Positions 51,873 to 64,000 of a stretch of 64,000 nucleotides of DNA are shown piece after piece. Location of the stretch: positions 22,072,001-22,136,000 of the forward strand of contig OZ210885.1 of assembly GCA_964658305.1 (NCBI GenBank), read 5' to 3'. Under the pieces are notes generated by a model. That model ran no database searches, was not told the origin of the DNA, and worked only from the letters and a program-made list of their open reading frames with translations. How positions within the stretch are numbered: position 1 is the stretch's first letter; every line of letters starts with the position of its first letter. The translations under genes were made by a program, and so were the position numbers. Source of the stretch: Leptogorgia sarmentosa. Lineage: Eukaryota.

Positions 51873-52832
51873 TTAATCAAAGTATTCAACAAAAATGTTT
51901 CTGATTTTTTTACCCTTGTCACAATTTGTTCCATTATTGGACCTGTTGGCAACACAAGATGGTTGAAATTCCCTGTCATATTTTTGGGCAGCATCAATAC
52001 ATTCTGCATTCAGCAACTCTCTTCTACTTTCGCATATATTGTGCAATATGAAGCAAGCATGAATGAGTTGTGGTGTATCTGAAAGGTTAATATCAATAGG
52101 ACGTCTCAGAATACCAAACCTGCCTTTTAGACGACTAAATGCACCTTCAATAACCACCCTTGCTGAAGATAGTCTGTAACCAAAAAATTGTTCACTAGGG
52201 GTTGAACCTCCATTGGGGAATTCCTTCATAACATAGGGTAGCAATGGATAAGCAGGGTCTCCAAGAAGACATATTGGTACAGGATCATGACCTTCAACAA
52301 TAATCTTGGGACATGCAGGTATTGTGTTTTCTCGAAGCTTTTGATTTATTTGGGAATTTGCAAAGATCTTCGCATCATGGACTGACCCAGGCCATTTTAT
52401 GACCACATCAAAAAAACAATATTTGGAATCACATATAGGGGTTGCTTAATCAAAATATGAGTTCCATCAACAGCACCAATGCACTGTGGAAAGCCGTGTT
52501 TGGTGTAAAAATTAGATGCCAACCGTTGGACTTCCTCCTCATCTGTTGGTAGCTGAATGTATTTTGGGCCCAGTTGCAATGATATGGCTGATGTAACTCT
52601 TATTATTATTGATACTGTGCTTCACGCTAGACCAAATGCATTTGCAACTTTTCGCAATCGTCCCTCATCAGCAAGATAGTACAGTGTTACTGCCAGCTGT
52701 ACCTCCACACTAACTGCTTTTCTCATGTGCGTGTCCTTTTTTTTAATGAAAGGTCGCAGCTCATTGCACAAATCATTAAACGTTTCCCTGGATACTCTGA
52801 AATTTTCTTGCCACTCGCTTTCACATGAAACA
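51873..52832 (-). pseudogene. Harbinger/PIF DDE nuclease (HARBI1-like), disrupted, convergent with the Myb gene
   Basis: [59 protein letters not shown]. Confidence 0.9.
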
Positions 52833-52881
52833 CCTGAAAAAATTTTTTATATGTTTTATTAATAAAATGTGGTGAATACCT

Positions 52882-53418
52882 AATATGGCATATTGCATTT
52901 AATATCCACCCCCGCCCCCATTGAGGACATGTCTTCTAAAACCAACACCCCCACCCCCATTGAGGACATGTCTTCTAAAACCAACACCCCCCTGGATTTT
53001 CCAAGCATTCTTTCCCTTCAACCCCTGGGAACTTGGCTCTGTTGGTAAGGGTGCCTGGAATTCCAAGGTTTTCCAGTTGTTAACTCATGGAAATTGCAAT
53101 TTTTACATGGCCCCTCTGGAATTCCATTGGGAATAGATTGCTATCTCCTGGATTTCCTTGCTGCCCTTGCACTTTCTACATGAGTTCACTGCAATTCCAT
53201 TGGGAAGAGTTAGATAGTTTCCCCCTGGAATTTATCTTATTTACCAGGCTCCCCTTGGAATTTCCATGATTTTATGGGTCCCCCCCTGGATTTTTTGCCT
53301 CTTTATAACCCCCTCCCATTGGATTTCCAAGGTCTTTTGATCACCTTTACCCCTGGATTTTCCAAGGTTCTCAATAGGGGGGTGGGGTGGATATTATTAA
53401 AATGCAATATGCCATATT
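52882..53418. mobile_element. MITE with TIRs and internal CCCCTGGA repeats
   Basis: AATATGGCATATTGCATTT..ATATCCACCCC mirrored at 53385-53418; internal ~39-bp direct duplication. Confidence 0.8.
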
Positions 53419-53429
53419 CTCATGTCTGT

Positions 53430-55125
53430 CAGTGATACTGATGGACAACCGTCGACTAGCGATCATCAGAGTGGAAGTCGTCCCTCGTTGAGTCAGACTC
53501 GACTTGGTATGTAGACTGTATTTTTATTTGTGAGTTACTAAAATAGTACGAATATGTTATATCAAAAGTGGTTGCATGGTCCTGTTCCTTTTGAATGTTT
53601 CAGACACACAAAATGTATCTGGAGTGGTGCATCGAGCTCGTGACTTGCTCAGATCTAATGCTACATCTGTCGCTTCAAATGTGTCATCTCAGCTTCCAAA
53701 GCGTCGTCATATGAATCATTCTTATGCGAAAGAACCCAGAAAAAAACCTCCTGAACAGAAAACATTCGAACTGATATGCCTCAATCATGTTTCACAGATA
53801 GTTGAAGAAGAGTCTTTGGAATCTGATGTCATTCCTGATTATTCAATAACCAAAGATGATGCTCTATTTAGTGGAAGTGTATATGTCATGACAGACGACA
53901 GTGAACGACTAATTAGAGAAAAAATATGTAAAGTCATTAACATTCGTCTTCCAAATGTTACAGAGGTTGACTTCGATTTTGTGAAAGTGAGCAGGAAAAC
54001 AGTTTCAACACCAGTGTGTAGCACTGATCAAAGCTGGGACTATAACAGGGTAAAAGTCATTGCTGGTCAGGGGAAACTTTATGTTCGTTTGAATCAGCCA
54101 ATTGATTTGTTACGCCATGCTCCAAGTACTCAAACAGATAGTTCTGCAGATTCATCAACATCCAGTTCCAGTCATAGCAACATGCATCGTCTTTGCCTTA
54201 TGTTTCCAAGAAGGCCCAGATCAGCAATTGAGGAGGCATTATCAAATAATCTTGATGACATAAATGGTGCAATATCAGACCTGGATGATGATATTGAACT
54301 TATTGAAGGGATACATTCTGCAGTTGAAAGTGAAGGTACTATATGGTACCCTTTCTCTCATTATAAGAAATACCCATGGCAAATTAGTCTCTTTGTGTTG
54401 ATATGTGGACACTACAGTTTTTAACTACAATATTAATGCAGCAGGGTATAGCTGTCCTGGAATTTGGAGTCTGAGCCTCCTTTCCACCATACTCCTACAT
54501 CAAGGGTGTGCCACAGTTCATTTTAGATAGACAAGACTGTATAGAATTTTTTTGTCAGTATCAAATAATCTACAAAACAAAAAATTCTATATAGAATCAA
54601 CCATAAAAAGTGTGTGTGAAGAGATAAAAAGTGAAGAAGTTACAGACAAGACCATACTTCAGATGTTGAAAAGCAAAATTACAAAAGATACAAGGAAAGT
54701 AAAGATTGATCCAGCAGATTTGCTTTCTGATGCCCTCCAAATATATAAGCATCCAAATTTTGATCCTGCACATCCATTGATTGTCCAATATAAACAACAA
54801 CCAGCTGTGGACACTGGTGGTGTTCTTTGTGAATTTTATTCAGATGTTTTCAAGGAATTTGTTAACAATCCATCAGTTTGTATCTTTGAAGGACCTCCTG
54901 ATAAGCTGCAGTTTTTCTACAACCACACTGCCTTGACATGTGGCATACCTAAAATGTTAGGTACAATGATTGCACACAGTTTGTGTCAAAATGGACCCGG
55001 ATTTCCATATTTCGCACCTTCTCAGTATTATTACATTGCAACTGGAGATATCAATAAAGCTATTGCTTTATGCATCTATCCATGATGTTCATGATTTTGA
55101 AATAAAGACATACATTAAACAGGTA
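53430..55125 (+). pseudogene. Partial multi-exon G2E3-like HECT ubiquitin-ligase gene with a possible CUE-like segment
   Basis: QPAVDTGGVLCEFYS..FEG..LGTMIAHSLCQNGPGFPYF (HECT N-lobe) and LCLMFP..AIEEAL. C-lobe not found. Confidence 0.65.
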
Positions 55126-55591
55126 AATTAGTGCATTTTATTTCGGTCCTACTAAAGAATGCCCGGGAATGCCCGGGAGTCGGAAATGAATGCCCGGAAA
55201 AGTCGGAAATCATGTCCACTTATAAGCCAAAAATATCATTATATAAGATAAAGTTTGATAGAAATCACTGTTTCATAAGAAAATGTTATAGTAAATATGT
55301 ATTTTCTTGGTAAAAACACGTTGCCTATGGTGAGAATGCCCGGGAGTGAAATCATTTCCACTTATAAGCCAATCATAAGATAGAGGGTCCGAAGTACTTC
55401 CACTCGATTTGACACAAATGAAAGAAAAAAGAAATGTATTTTACTTGAAACACGGTCACTACATGATAGGTTATATAAATTAATTGATTAATAATATTAA
55501 TTAGAAAACTATATACAGTACGTAATACGCGATGAGTATTTATTTGTTACTATAATATATCAATACTAACTAAACATGCAAAAAACGAGAA

Positions 55592-56119
55592 TTAAAATTT
55601 TGTCCTTGTTCTTATATTTCTAATTCTCTTTTTCTGTCCGGGTTTTCTCGCAACTTTTGGTGTTCTTGGCACCTTTAAGCATCCGTCTGTCGACATCACT
55701 TGCTGTTTCTTGGCTGGCAATCCAGCCATAAACTTTCTAAATAATTGTTCTTTCTCTTCTTCCGTCCTCATCTTCCAATTCATGCTCGATACTTTTTGTT
55801 TTCTCATCCATGGGGCTAGTTCATAATTGCCTTCACCATACAGCGCTCTTCTGCAATCAGCTTGTTGGAGTTTCACAATATGATAAAGTCTGTCAATTAA
55901 AGCAGGCAGTTTCATTGTTGTCCAGTTTGACGACATTTTTACGATGTGATTCATCGATTCGCACGAATTATTTTTCCAGTTGATGGGAATCCATTTATTT
56001 TATTTTCGTGCTCCCAAGACATTAAGCCGGATTTTCTCTGCCATTTTCATAAAATAGTCCGTGAATAACGGACAACGTTTATGGAACTTGTCCAAAAGAT
56101 TTATATACATAAGTTCAAA
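55592..56119 (-). pseudogene. MULE-type transposase C-terminal part (split by BEL)
   Basis: WKNNSCESMNHIVK..RRALYGEGNYEL; in frame with 62334 across the TSD. Confidence 0.75.
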
Positions 56120-56124
56120 GTTCC

Positions 56125-59100
56125 TGTAATAAATAACGACTACTCTCTGATAAAAATGATGTTTATTGCTTCAAGAATTTAACAACAACAACAACAACTT
56201 TACTGGCAAAAATTATGTAATAGCCGCATGCATGCGTCACATGCTAATAATAAACACTCTATAACACTCCCGACGTTGATCACACGTGATCAACATGTCA
56301 ACACTAACTAAATACGAATGCTTGAATTCGTTAAATTACAAAGTTATCAAAGGTTAAGTTTTGTTCATTGCCATTCTTCTCAAAAGCTCACCCGTGACCG
56401 CCGCCTTTCGTCGGCTCCGGTGTCCTGCGTTTGCTGCAACCTCACCACTCCCTTGCACTTGCTCTTGAGTATCTGGGATCTTATCTGGGGTGATATGATT
56501 GTCGACGTGCAACTCAAGAGGAATTAAATGTTGGATGGTGCGTCGCAAGAATGTTGCCTTTCCCTTTTCCGAGTTTACAACCTTGACCTTCGCTGAACGA
56601 ATTATACCGTCGTCGCCCCTTTTAAGTTCTTTAACCTCAGCTAATTTCCAAAATCCTCGGGGAGTACTTTCATTTTTTACGACGACAATATCGCCGACAG
56701 CTATCGTTTCGTTTGATGGCGCAAGATTGGAACTGGATGCTTCTCTAAGACTTAATACTAAGAAGGTATTCGTTTCTCCATCTTTTGGTGAAGTGATTAG
56801 GCAGAAGTTTCTGATGTTTGGCCCTTTTTGTAAGCGATTGATTCGTGCTAATGACTTCAAATTGTCATGCATTTGGAGTAACAGCGATCTTTCGTCCATA
56901 TATAAGGTCTGATGGCGTCAATGGATATGATACTCCCTCTGTATCGTCGTACATGTAAGTTAAAGGGCGATTGTTGATCGTTGTTTCAACTTCAACCAGG
57001 ATTGTTCGCAATGCTTCGAAGTTCAATGAGGTTCTTCCAAGCACCTTTTTCAAGCAACGTTTTGTACTCTTTACCATACGTTCCCAACAACCACCATGCC
57101 AGGGAGCCCGTTCTGTGATATATTGCCACGAAATTCCCTTATTTGCGAGAAATCCCTGAACTTCGGGGGATCTCTTTATTCTTTGGATATCGTGTGAGGC
57201 GGATTTAAACGTCTTGGCTTTGTCCGTCATCAAGAGTGCTGGGAAACCCCTTCGAGAGGCAAACCTTCTAAAGGCTTGCAGGAATGACTCCACTGATAAA
57301 TCTGTTACAAGTTCTAAATGAACTGCTCGACTACTTTGACAGGTAAATAACACAATGTACGACTTTCGTGCACCAGTAAGGCTCGTGGCGTAAAGCGGGC
57401 CAGCAAAGTCAATACCAGAGTTAGTAAAGGGTGGATCATCGCTCACTCGACCAGGCGGAAGTTGAGGCTCTCGTTGCGTAGCGAAAGGTTTACCTTCCAA
57501 TTTTCGACACGTTACACATTTCCGTACAATGGCCTTTACAGCTTCTCTTCCACGTGGCACCCAGAACCGTTCTCGTACACAGTTTAATGTCTCTCGGATA
57601 CCATTGTGATGTACTAACGCGTGACATTCTCGTATGATTAATTCGGTGAAGTAGTGTTTCGTCAGCATGAGAACTGGGACTTTCGCACTGTATGGCACTG
57701 CTGCATTTGCGATCCTTCCTTCACAACGGATAATATGTTCTTCATCCAAGAAGAGTCGAAGCTGAGTAATCAATTTATTTGATCGACCCTCTGTTAGGCA
57801 AACGAACTGTTTTGAATCGATCTGATCCATAGGCATTCAGCCTCGCGCAACTCTTCAGCTTCTAATTGAGGAGGAAATTCAAGGCGTTGTTTTCGCGCTC
57901 TCTTGATAAAGCGTAGGACTATTGCCGTGACACGAACTACTCGTTTTTTCATACTAAATCTTGTCAAATCAATGCCTTTCTCCAGTTTCACAGGTTTTCT
58001 CGATATTGGTAGCTAGAGAATATGTGATAGGTGGTGGGTGTTTTACTAGCTCGGTGAAGGCTTGCTTGTTATCGTCGTGGGTTGTTCGAGGTTCGATTGG
58101 CCATTGCTCTTTGCGCTGGTGCAAAAAATTGGGCCCATTCCACCAAGTTTTGTGATGCAAGAGATCCATTGCATTGCAACCACGTGATGGTAAATCTGCG
58201 GGATTCAGTTGACCTGGACAGTGACTCCAGTGTTCCTTGTTGGTCAATTCGCGTATTTCGTCGACTCTATTTTGTATGTATTGTTTCCAATTCTTGTTGT
58301 TCTTTATCCAACACAAGGTGGTAAATGAATCGGTCCATAGGTAAACACCGTCAACTTTCAGAGATATGAGGGCTCGTAAGATCGTATGGATTAGACGTGC
58401 CAATATAAGAGCACCCAACAATTCTAGCCGAGGGATGGATTGTTTACTGATAGGCGCAACTCGGGTTTTCGATGTGATAAGGGCAACACTGACTTCTCCG
58501 TTAGGATATTCTGTTCTAAGATACGCGACGGCTGAATAAGCCTTCTCGGAGGCATCAGAAAACCCATGAATCTCGTGAAGTGAATTCTGTCCCTTTGATT
58601 GAAAGTAACAACAAGTACTTTCAATTCATGTAAAATTGAAAAACTATCCATTATCTCCGTCCATTGTTTGAGGTTCTCACCGGCTAATTTAGTATCCCAT
58701 TCGATATTTCTATTGCAAAGGATTTGGAATAAGATCTTCATCTTTATCGTGAAGGGTGAGAGGAATCCTAAAGGGTCGAAGATCTTAGCAGAAATTTTCA
58801 ATACTGAACGCTTGGTGATGGGTAGAGACTTCGCGTAGGCAAGTAATTCAGCTGTATCACAAAGAAGTTTGTCGGATTGAACGCTCCAATTTAGTCCAAG
58901 GATCTTAACCTGGCGACTTTCTTCGGCTGCCGAGGAAGTGGATGGCGGTGAGGTGGTGGTTTCAGTAGCTAGGTCGTTTGGTATGTCATCACTCCCGACG
59001 TTACCGGCAGTGGCAACCTGCTCCGCAGCAATCCGTTCTCTAACTTCCTTCGAACTAGAGTTCCACTTACGTAAGGTAAAGCCACCAGAATTCATCAGTT

Positions 59101-62100
59101 CTTGTGAACACTTGTAAACTTGGAATGCTTGGGAATCGGTTTGCGCACCTCCTGCAAAGTCGTCCACATACAGTGATCTTCGAAGTAGTTCAACCACAAT
59201 AGGATCTTTCTCGTTCTGTGTTGACAAATGTTGCTCGACAGTGCCAGCTAAGATGGCTGGGCTAGGTTTCAAACCAAATGGAAGGCGGCAAAACTGGAAT
59301 TGCTTTATTTCAGAATGTTCATTGTCAATGTTGTCGAACCACAGAAACTTGATCATTTTCCGATCATCAGGATCTATCTGAATCTGATGAAAGGCCTTTT
59401 CGATGCCGGATGTCAGGCCAATGGGATGTTCTCGAAAACGTACGATAATATCAAAAAGAGAAGGCACTGAATCTGGGCCTTTCTCCAAGCACTCGTTTAG
59501 GGATGGATCTTCTTCCGACGGTGTTGCTGAGACGTCAAAAACTATTCGTAGCTTCGTTGTCTCTTTGTCCTGTCTGACAACTCCATGATGTGGAAGGAAG
59601 TAACCGTCATTTTCGTTTTTACTTGTCTGTTCTACGATACCATCATGTTCTTGTTCTCGGATAATGCGATCATAATCTTGAAACAATGTTTTATCTTTCT
59701 TCAACCGAGATTGCAATTGACGGAGGCGTTTGACACTCATGTCATACCCGGTAGACGTTGGTGGTTTCTCTTGTTTCCATGGTAATTTAATTTTGTAATG
59801 GCCCTCCTCGGCCTTAAACCTTGTTTCACACAAGAAATCTGTTCGACGGGACTTTGCCTTGCCTTCCACTCCGATTGTCTCCGTATGCCAAAATCGCTGT
59901 ACAATGTTTGTGAGCTCGTCATGACTGCCACTGTCAACCAGAATTTCGGGATTGGGGAAAGGGTAAGGTTTCTCAATGATCAAGTTCGCGACAGAAACTC
60001 CAGCAAAATCTTTGCTGCAAGTCTTTGGACCTGATATCAGCCAACCAAATTCACTTTCCACCGCAACTGGACCAACATCTCCACGGGCAATTTCTCCAGA
60101 GAAAAAATCATAGTAGTAATCGCAGCCGATTAATATATCAATATCGCTGTTCGTGTCATGTCCGTCTAGTACGCTACAATCTGCAAGTTCCAGATCCTTC
60201 AGGTGGGGGTATTGTGAAATGTCAATGGTGGTAGACAATGGCGAACAGATCATCGGAAAGCATAAATCAGAAATTGAATGATAACCATTTCTTCCCTTCA
60301 AGGACACTTCAACTTGATCACATTTCTGTTTTGTAAATAGCTTTTCGCCAAATGTATTTAGATTGAGTGTCTCGGTCTTTACAGGGGTTAGGTTTAATTT
60401 CGATTTAAGCGAATTTGTGACGTATGAACGTTGGCTACTGCTATCCAATAGGACGCGAGCCTTGATTTCCTTTGATCCATTTGATGATCGTACGTTGGTG
60501 AATGCTGTTTGCAAAAGTACTTCTCTTCGTTCCTTAGAAGTAGCTGTAGCTGCTGTAGTAACAACGGGGGTTGTTTGGGTACTTGACTCTTGGCCGGAAT
60601 TCAATTTCTTGGGATCAGTATGGGTGGCGGACGGTGGGTCATGTCTCGGACTGGGTGCGGATTTCGATATATGACAAAATGGATTGGTGGTGTTTTCCTC
60701 GACATCGCCTGCAACTCCTTGTTGGTTCGCATTGATCTGCTCAATGGTTTTTTCCCAAACAGACAAAACATCGATTATCTCGTCTCAATATTTGTTTACG
60801 AGTGTTAATGTCTCATACATTCTCGCAGGAAGCTGAGTAGTGATTACCACTGCAATATGCACAACGAATAGATCTTATGGTTGGTTTGGCTTCCTGTGCA
60901 ACTAATGAAGCAGCTGCACTTAAGGAACATTTGTTCGCCGGTGGTTTTCGGGGTTCTGAATTAATTTTAACGTTTTTGCTTACTTCCCGAGCTTCGACTT
61001 CATGCAATATAACGTCTAAAATTTAAGAAATGTCCCAAATTTCTTTGTTGGTTGTACGTGCAATTTGGATTCGAACCTCTTGGGGTAACTTAGCCATGAT
61101 CACTGGAATTAAAAGGCTGCCGTATTGCTTTGAGTCGACACCTAAGGACGACAAACTTCTCGTGTGGACACTAACCTTGTCATAAATGTATCTCAACTGG
61201 GATGATTTATCATTTGTTGTGCACGCAGGTATTTTCATTAATTTGTCCATATGGGCTGATATGGTTTGTTGTGTTTTCCCAAAACGCTGCTGTAAAATAT
61301 CAACAGTGGCATCGTAATTTTCTTCGGATATTGTTAGTCCTTGTATTGCTCTAAGTGCACGACCTTCTAATAACGAGTTGAGGTAATTGAATTTGTCTAT
61401 TTTAGACAACCCTGGATTTCTGTGCACCGCACTATTGAAACTATCCCAGAATGTTCGGTAGTTCGTGATACCCCCCTTAAACTTGGGCAAAACGAGTTTC
61501 GGTAACTTAGGGCGACAATAACTCGACCACCCAGATGTCCCGTTACTTTGCCCCGACTGTTCAACAATGTTTTGATTCGCTTGTACTTGCCCTTGAGAAA
61601 TTGATGACCTGTATTCGATAAAGCTTGAAATTCTGTATCCTTCAGACGCGTTCGTTTGGGGCGTTTCGTTAGTCGTATTATTTGTTGATGTCGTTCGAAC
61701 ATTAACAGCACCTTGCTCGCTTAACCTTGTCGCATTTTCCTCCCATTTCACACGAAATTCCGCTATAATATTTTGTACGTCCAACACACGAGAAATAATT
61801 TCGTCTGCCTCCTCGACCTCCTTCGTAATCTCTTCTACTTCACACAGAGAAAGCATTTGTTCGTCGAGTTCCTTAAGAATTTTCAATTTTTCACACAACA
61901 TTGTCTGGATGGTTTGTAATCTCGTTTTTGCCCCTGCCGCTTCAACTTCTTCATAGTTTTTGAGAATATAATCCGCTTCCTTTGATAGTTTCGTTATGAC
62001 ACCCTGATGCCCCACTCGAATCGCTCGTTTTCTTGCCAAATCCGTCATAACTGTAATTCGCAAAATGTACTGCTAATCGATTTGTAATCCTGTCTTAACA

Positions 62101-62328
62101 CGCGTATGTTTTCTCATTCGACTCGTATTCGATTTGTATTCGTATTTAATCCAGCTACCTGCCCCACGTTGGGCGCCATGTAATAAATAACGACTACTCT
62201 CTGATAAAAATGATGTTTATTGCTTCAAGAATTTAACAACAACAACAACTTTACTGGCAAAAATTATGTAATAGCCGCATGCATGCGTCACGTGCGCATC
62301 ACATGCTAATAATAAACACTCTATAACA
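56125..62328 (-). mobile_element. BEL/Pao LTR retrotransposon, full length, frameshifted
   Basis: TSD GTTCC (56120-24, 62329-33); LTRs 62179-62328 and 56125-56266. Gag FWDSF..DKFNYL, LLDSSSQRSY, YFLPHH, SLYVDDF, IFDPLG, NPADLPSRG, GIDFAGP, APWHGGCWER. Confidence 0.96.
62161..62178 (-). promoter_or_regulatory. 18-nt primer-binding site matching tRNA-Lys(1,2)
   Basis: TGGCGCCCAACGTGGGGC directly after the 5' LTR on the minus strand. Confidence 0.88.
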
Positions 62329-62333
62329 GTTCC

Positions 62334-63715
62334 TAGCATCGTTGCGAGAAATCAACCCATTTGTTCAGAAGATTTCGGAAATTATTGTTTTCCTCACTTT
62401 ATCCTCCAATCCGATTTTATTTATCAGATAGCAACGTACGTTCTCTTCCAAATGTCTTGTGCAAAGAACTTGTACAGCGGAAGAAAAACATTGTTTGATG
62501 GCCTTTAGGAGCGCAGCTTCTTCGTCGGATCCGATCACAATTTGGGAGATCTGAGTACCACCAATATCCTTTTCAAATTTACTCTGGATATGAGAAAGAA
62601 ATCTCTGATATAAACCATCCCAATGTAAATATATTGCCGCTAAAAAAATTGGTGGATTGTTTTTGCCCTTTCTAATTAAATTGTTGTGCTGATACACTAA
62701 AGTTGTTGCATAACATGCTCCGAGATTAAAAGTTCTATCGATTCCGAGAACACTTGGATTTCGCGCTGTTGGAGTACAGAACTGCTCGACGTCGCGCAAA
62801 TTGTCTTCCAGGTATAATATCACAGAAGGTGGCTTTCCTTTGGTTTGGATTACTTCTTGTATGAAGGGATGGTCGTGCATTACCGAAAGGAGAGTTTGAA
62901 TTTCATCTGCAACGTTTTGGCAGTATAGTTTATTGTTGGTTTTTTGTTTTTGTTGTGGTACTTTGCGTTTTGTACTTGTCTTAAATCCCTGGGTGCACAG
63001 TCTGAGCCATTTAGTACCATGTGTTCATAAATTTCTCTCGGTTCCAGTCCCTTGTTCGTTTCAGTCATTTCGTCTAATTTTCTTTTTACTGTGCATGATT
63101 TACGAACATATTCATTAGTTGTCTTTTTGCTGTTGCCATGAGGTTGGGTTTCTTGACAAAAAGTACCGATATATTCTACCACAGCTAGATTTTTCATGGG
63201 TCTCATGTTCTCTGGGCACTGAGTCAGAAACGAAATACGTCGTTTGTATGACGGATCGCGTTTTAAAGGTATATAATACCGCCTAAATACAATAATTTCA
63301 TTAGCTGCAGGTTGAGGCTCGATCGCAACATGCTTGCTTTTAATAAACTTAACATATTCGCCATCTTTTCTATCTACGTAGTCAAGCTTGTTGTGTGATT
63401 TTAAAACATGATGGGTTTTGGTGGATCCATTTCTCGACCAAGCTCCGCAGTCGTCGACGTAACATGCTCGTTTCCCATTGTCCCTACGAGTGAGATTGTT
63501 CTCATTTTCCAGAACGAATGCTACGTTTTCTTTGATACCTCGTGGTATGCTTTTCCCTGATGGTCGATGGGTGTGGATAAGGGCGAGGACTTCTTCTGGA
63601 CTCAGAAATTTGTCTTCTATTGTTAGTTTGATCGCCCCGGGAATTTCGACGGATGATGTGCTCTTCACATTACTGTTTTCCGATGTGAGATTTGGTGATA
63701 CGTTCTGCAGGTCGT
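62334..63715 (-). pseudogene. MULE-type transposase, N-terminal and catalytic part
   Basis: VLGIDRTFNLG..Y.T..VY, IGSDEEAALLKAI...F...QVLCTRHLEENV; frameshifts. Confidence 0.8.
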
Positions 63716-64000
63716 GCTAGACAATGAAATTAAGGAAAGAAACTTTAATTATAGCATGGTTTTTGTATGCTTTTATTAGGAAAAAAATTGGTAACATGAT
63801 TCGAGCTAGCTGTTTGTATGTATGCTATATCTGTTACCGAGGTGTCTGTTTCATTTTTGTCTTCTCCCAAGTTGTTCCTGTCTTTCTTCTCACTTTTTTC
63901 TGTTGTGACAGAACTCCATGTGAGATTTGGTGATCGTGATACGTTCAGGTCATGCTAGACAATGAAATTAAGGAAAGAAACTTTAATTATAGCATGGTTT
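63685..64000. repeat. Direct repeat, ~238-bp spacing, runs off the window end
   Basis: TGCTAGACAATGAAATTAAGGAAAGAAACTTTAATTATAGCATGGTTT at about 63715 and 63953. Confidence 0.8.

Overview
Eukaryotic, AT-rich DNA, probably from a marine invertebrate such as an anthozoan cnidarian (inferred from the repeat families, not proven). It is almost entirely a nested pile of transposable elements. Retroelements: three distinct Penelope-like element (PLE) families, a CR1/L2-type LINE, a full Gypsy, a full BEL/Pao and a solo LTR. DNA elements: Academ and Academ-like elements, two MULE-type elements, a Harbinger, a Tc1, an apparently intact three-exon piggyBac and several MITEs. There are also decayed PIF1-, RPA- and HECT-like gene pieces. 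Many insertions resolve to the base through target-site duplications (TSDs), and removing them restores the interrupted reading frames. Most notable: (i) a PLE whose RT ORF stops with no GIY-YIG endonuclease and is followed by 68-bp repeats carrying CCCTAACC on its sense strand, a candidate telomere-primed element with an inverted 5' half; (ii) a 3.6-kb palindrome of two PLE families joined tail-to-tail, carrying four hammerhead motifs; (iii) an Academ-like protein whose RING finger reappears once the Gypsy is removed; (iv) the intact spliced piggyBac. Family names come from motif recognition only; no searches were run.
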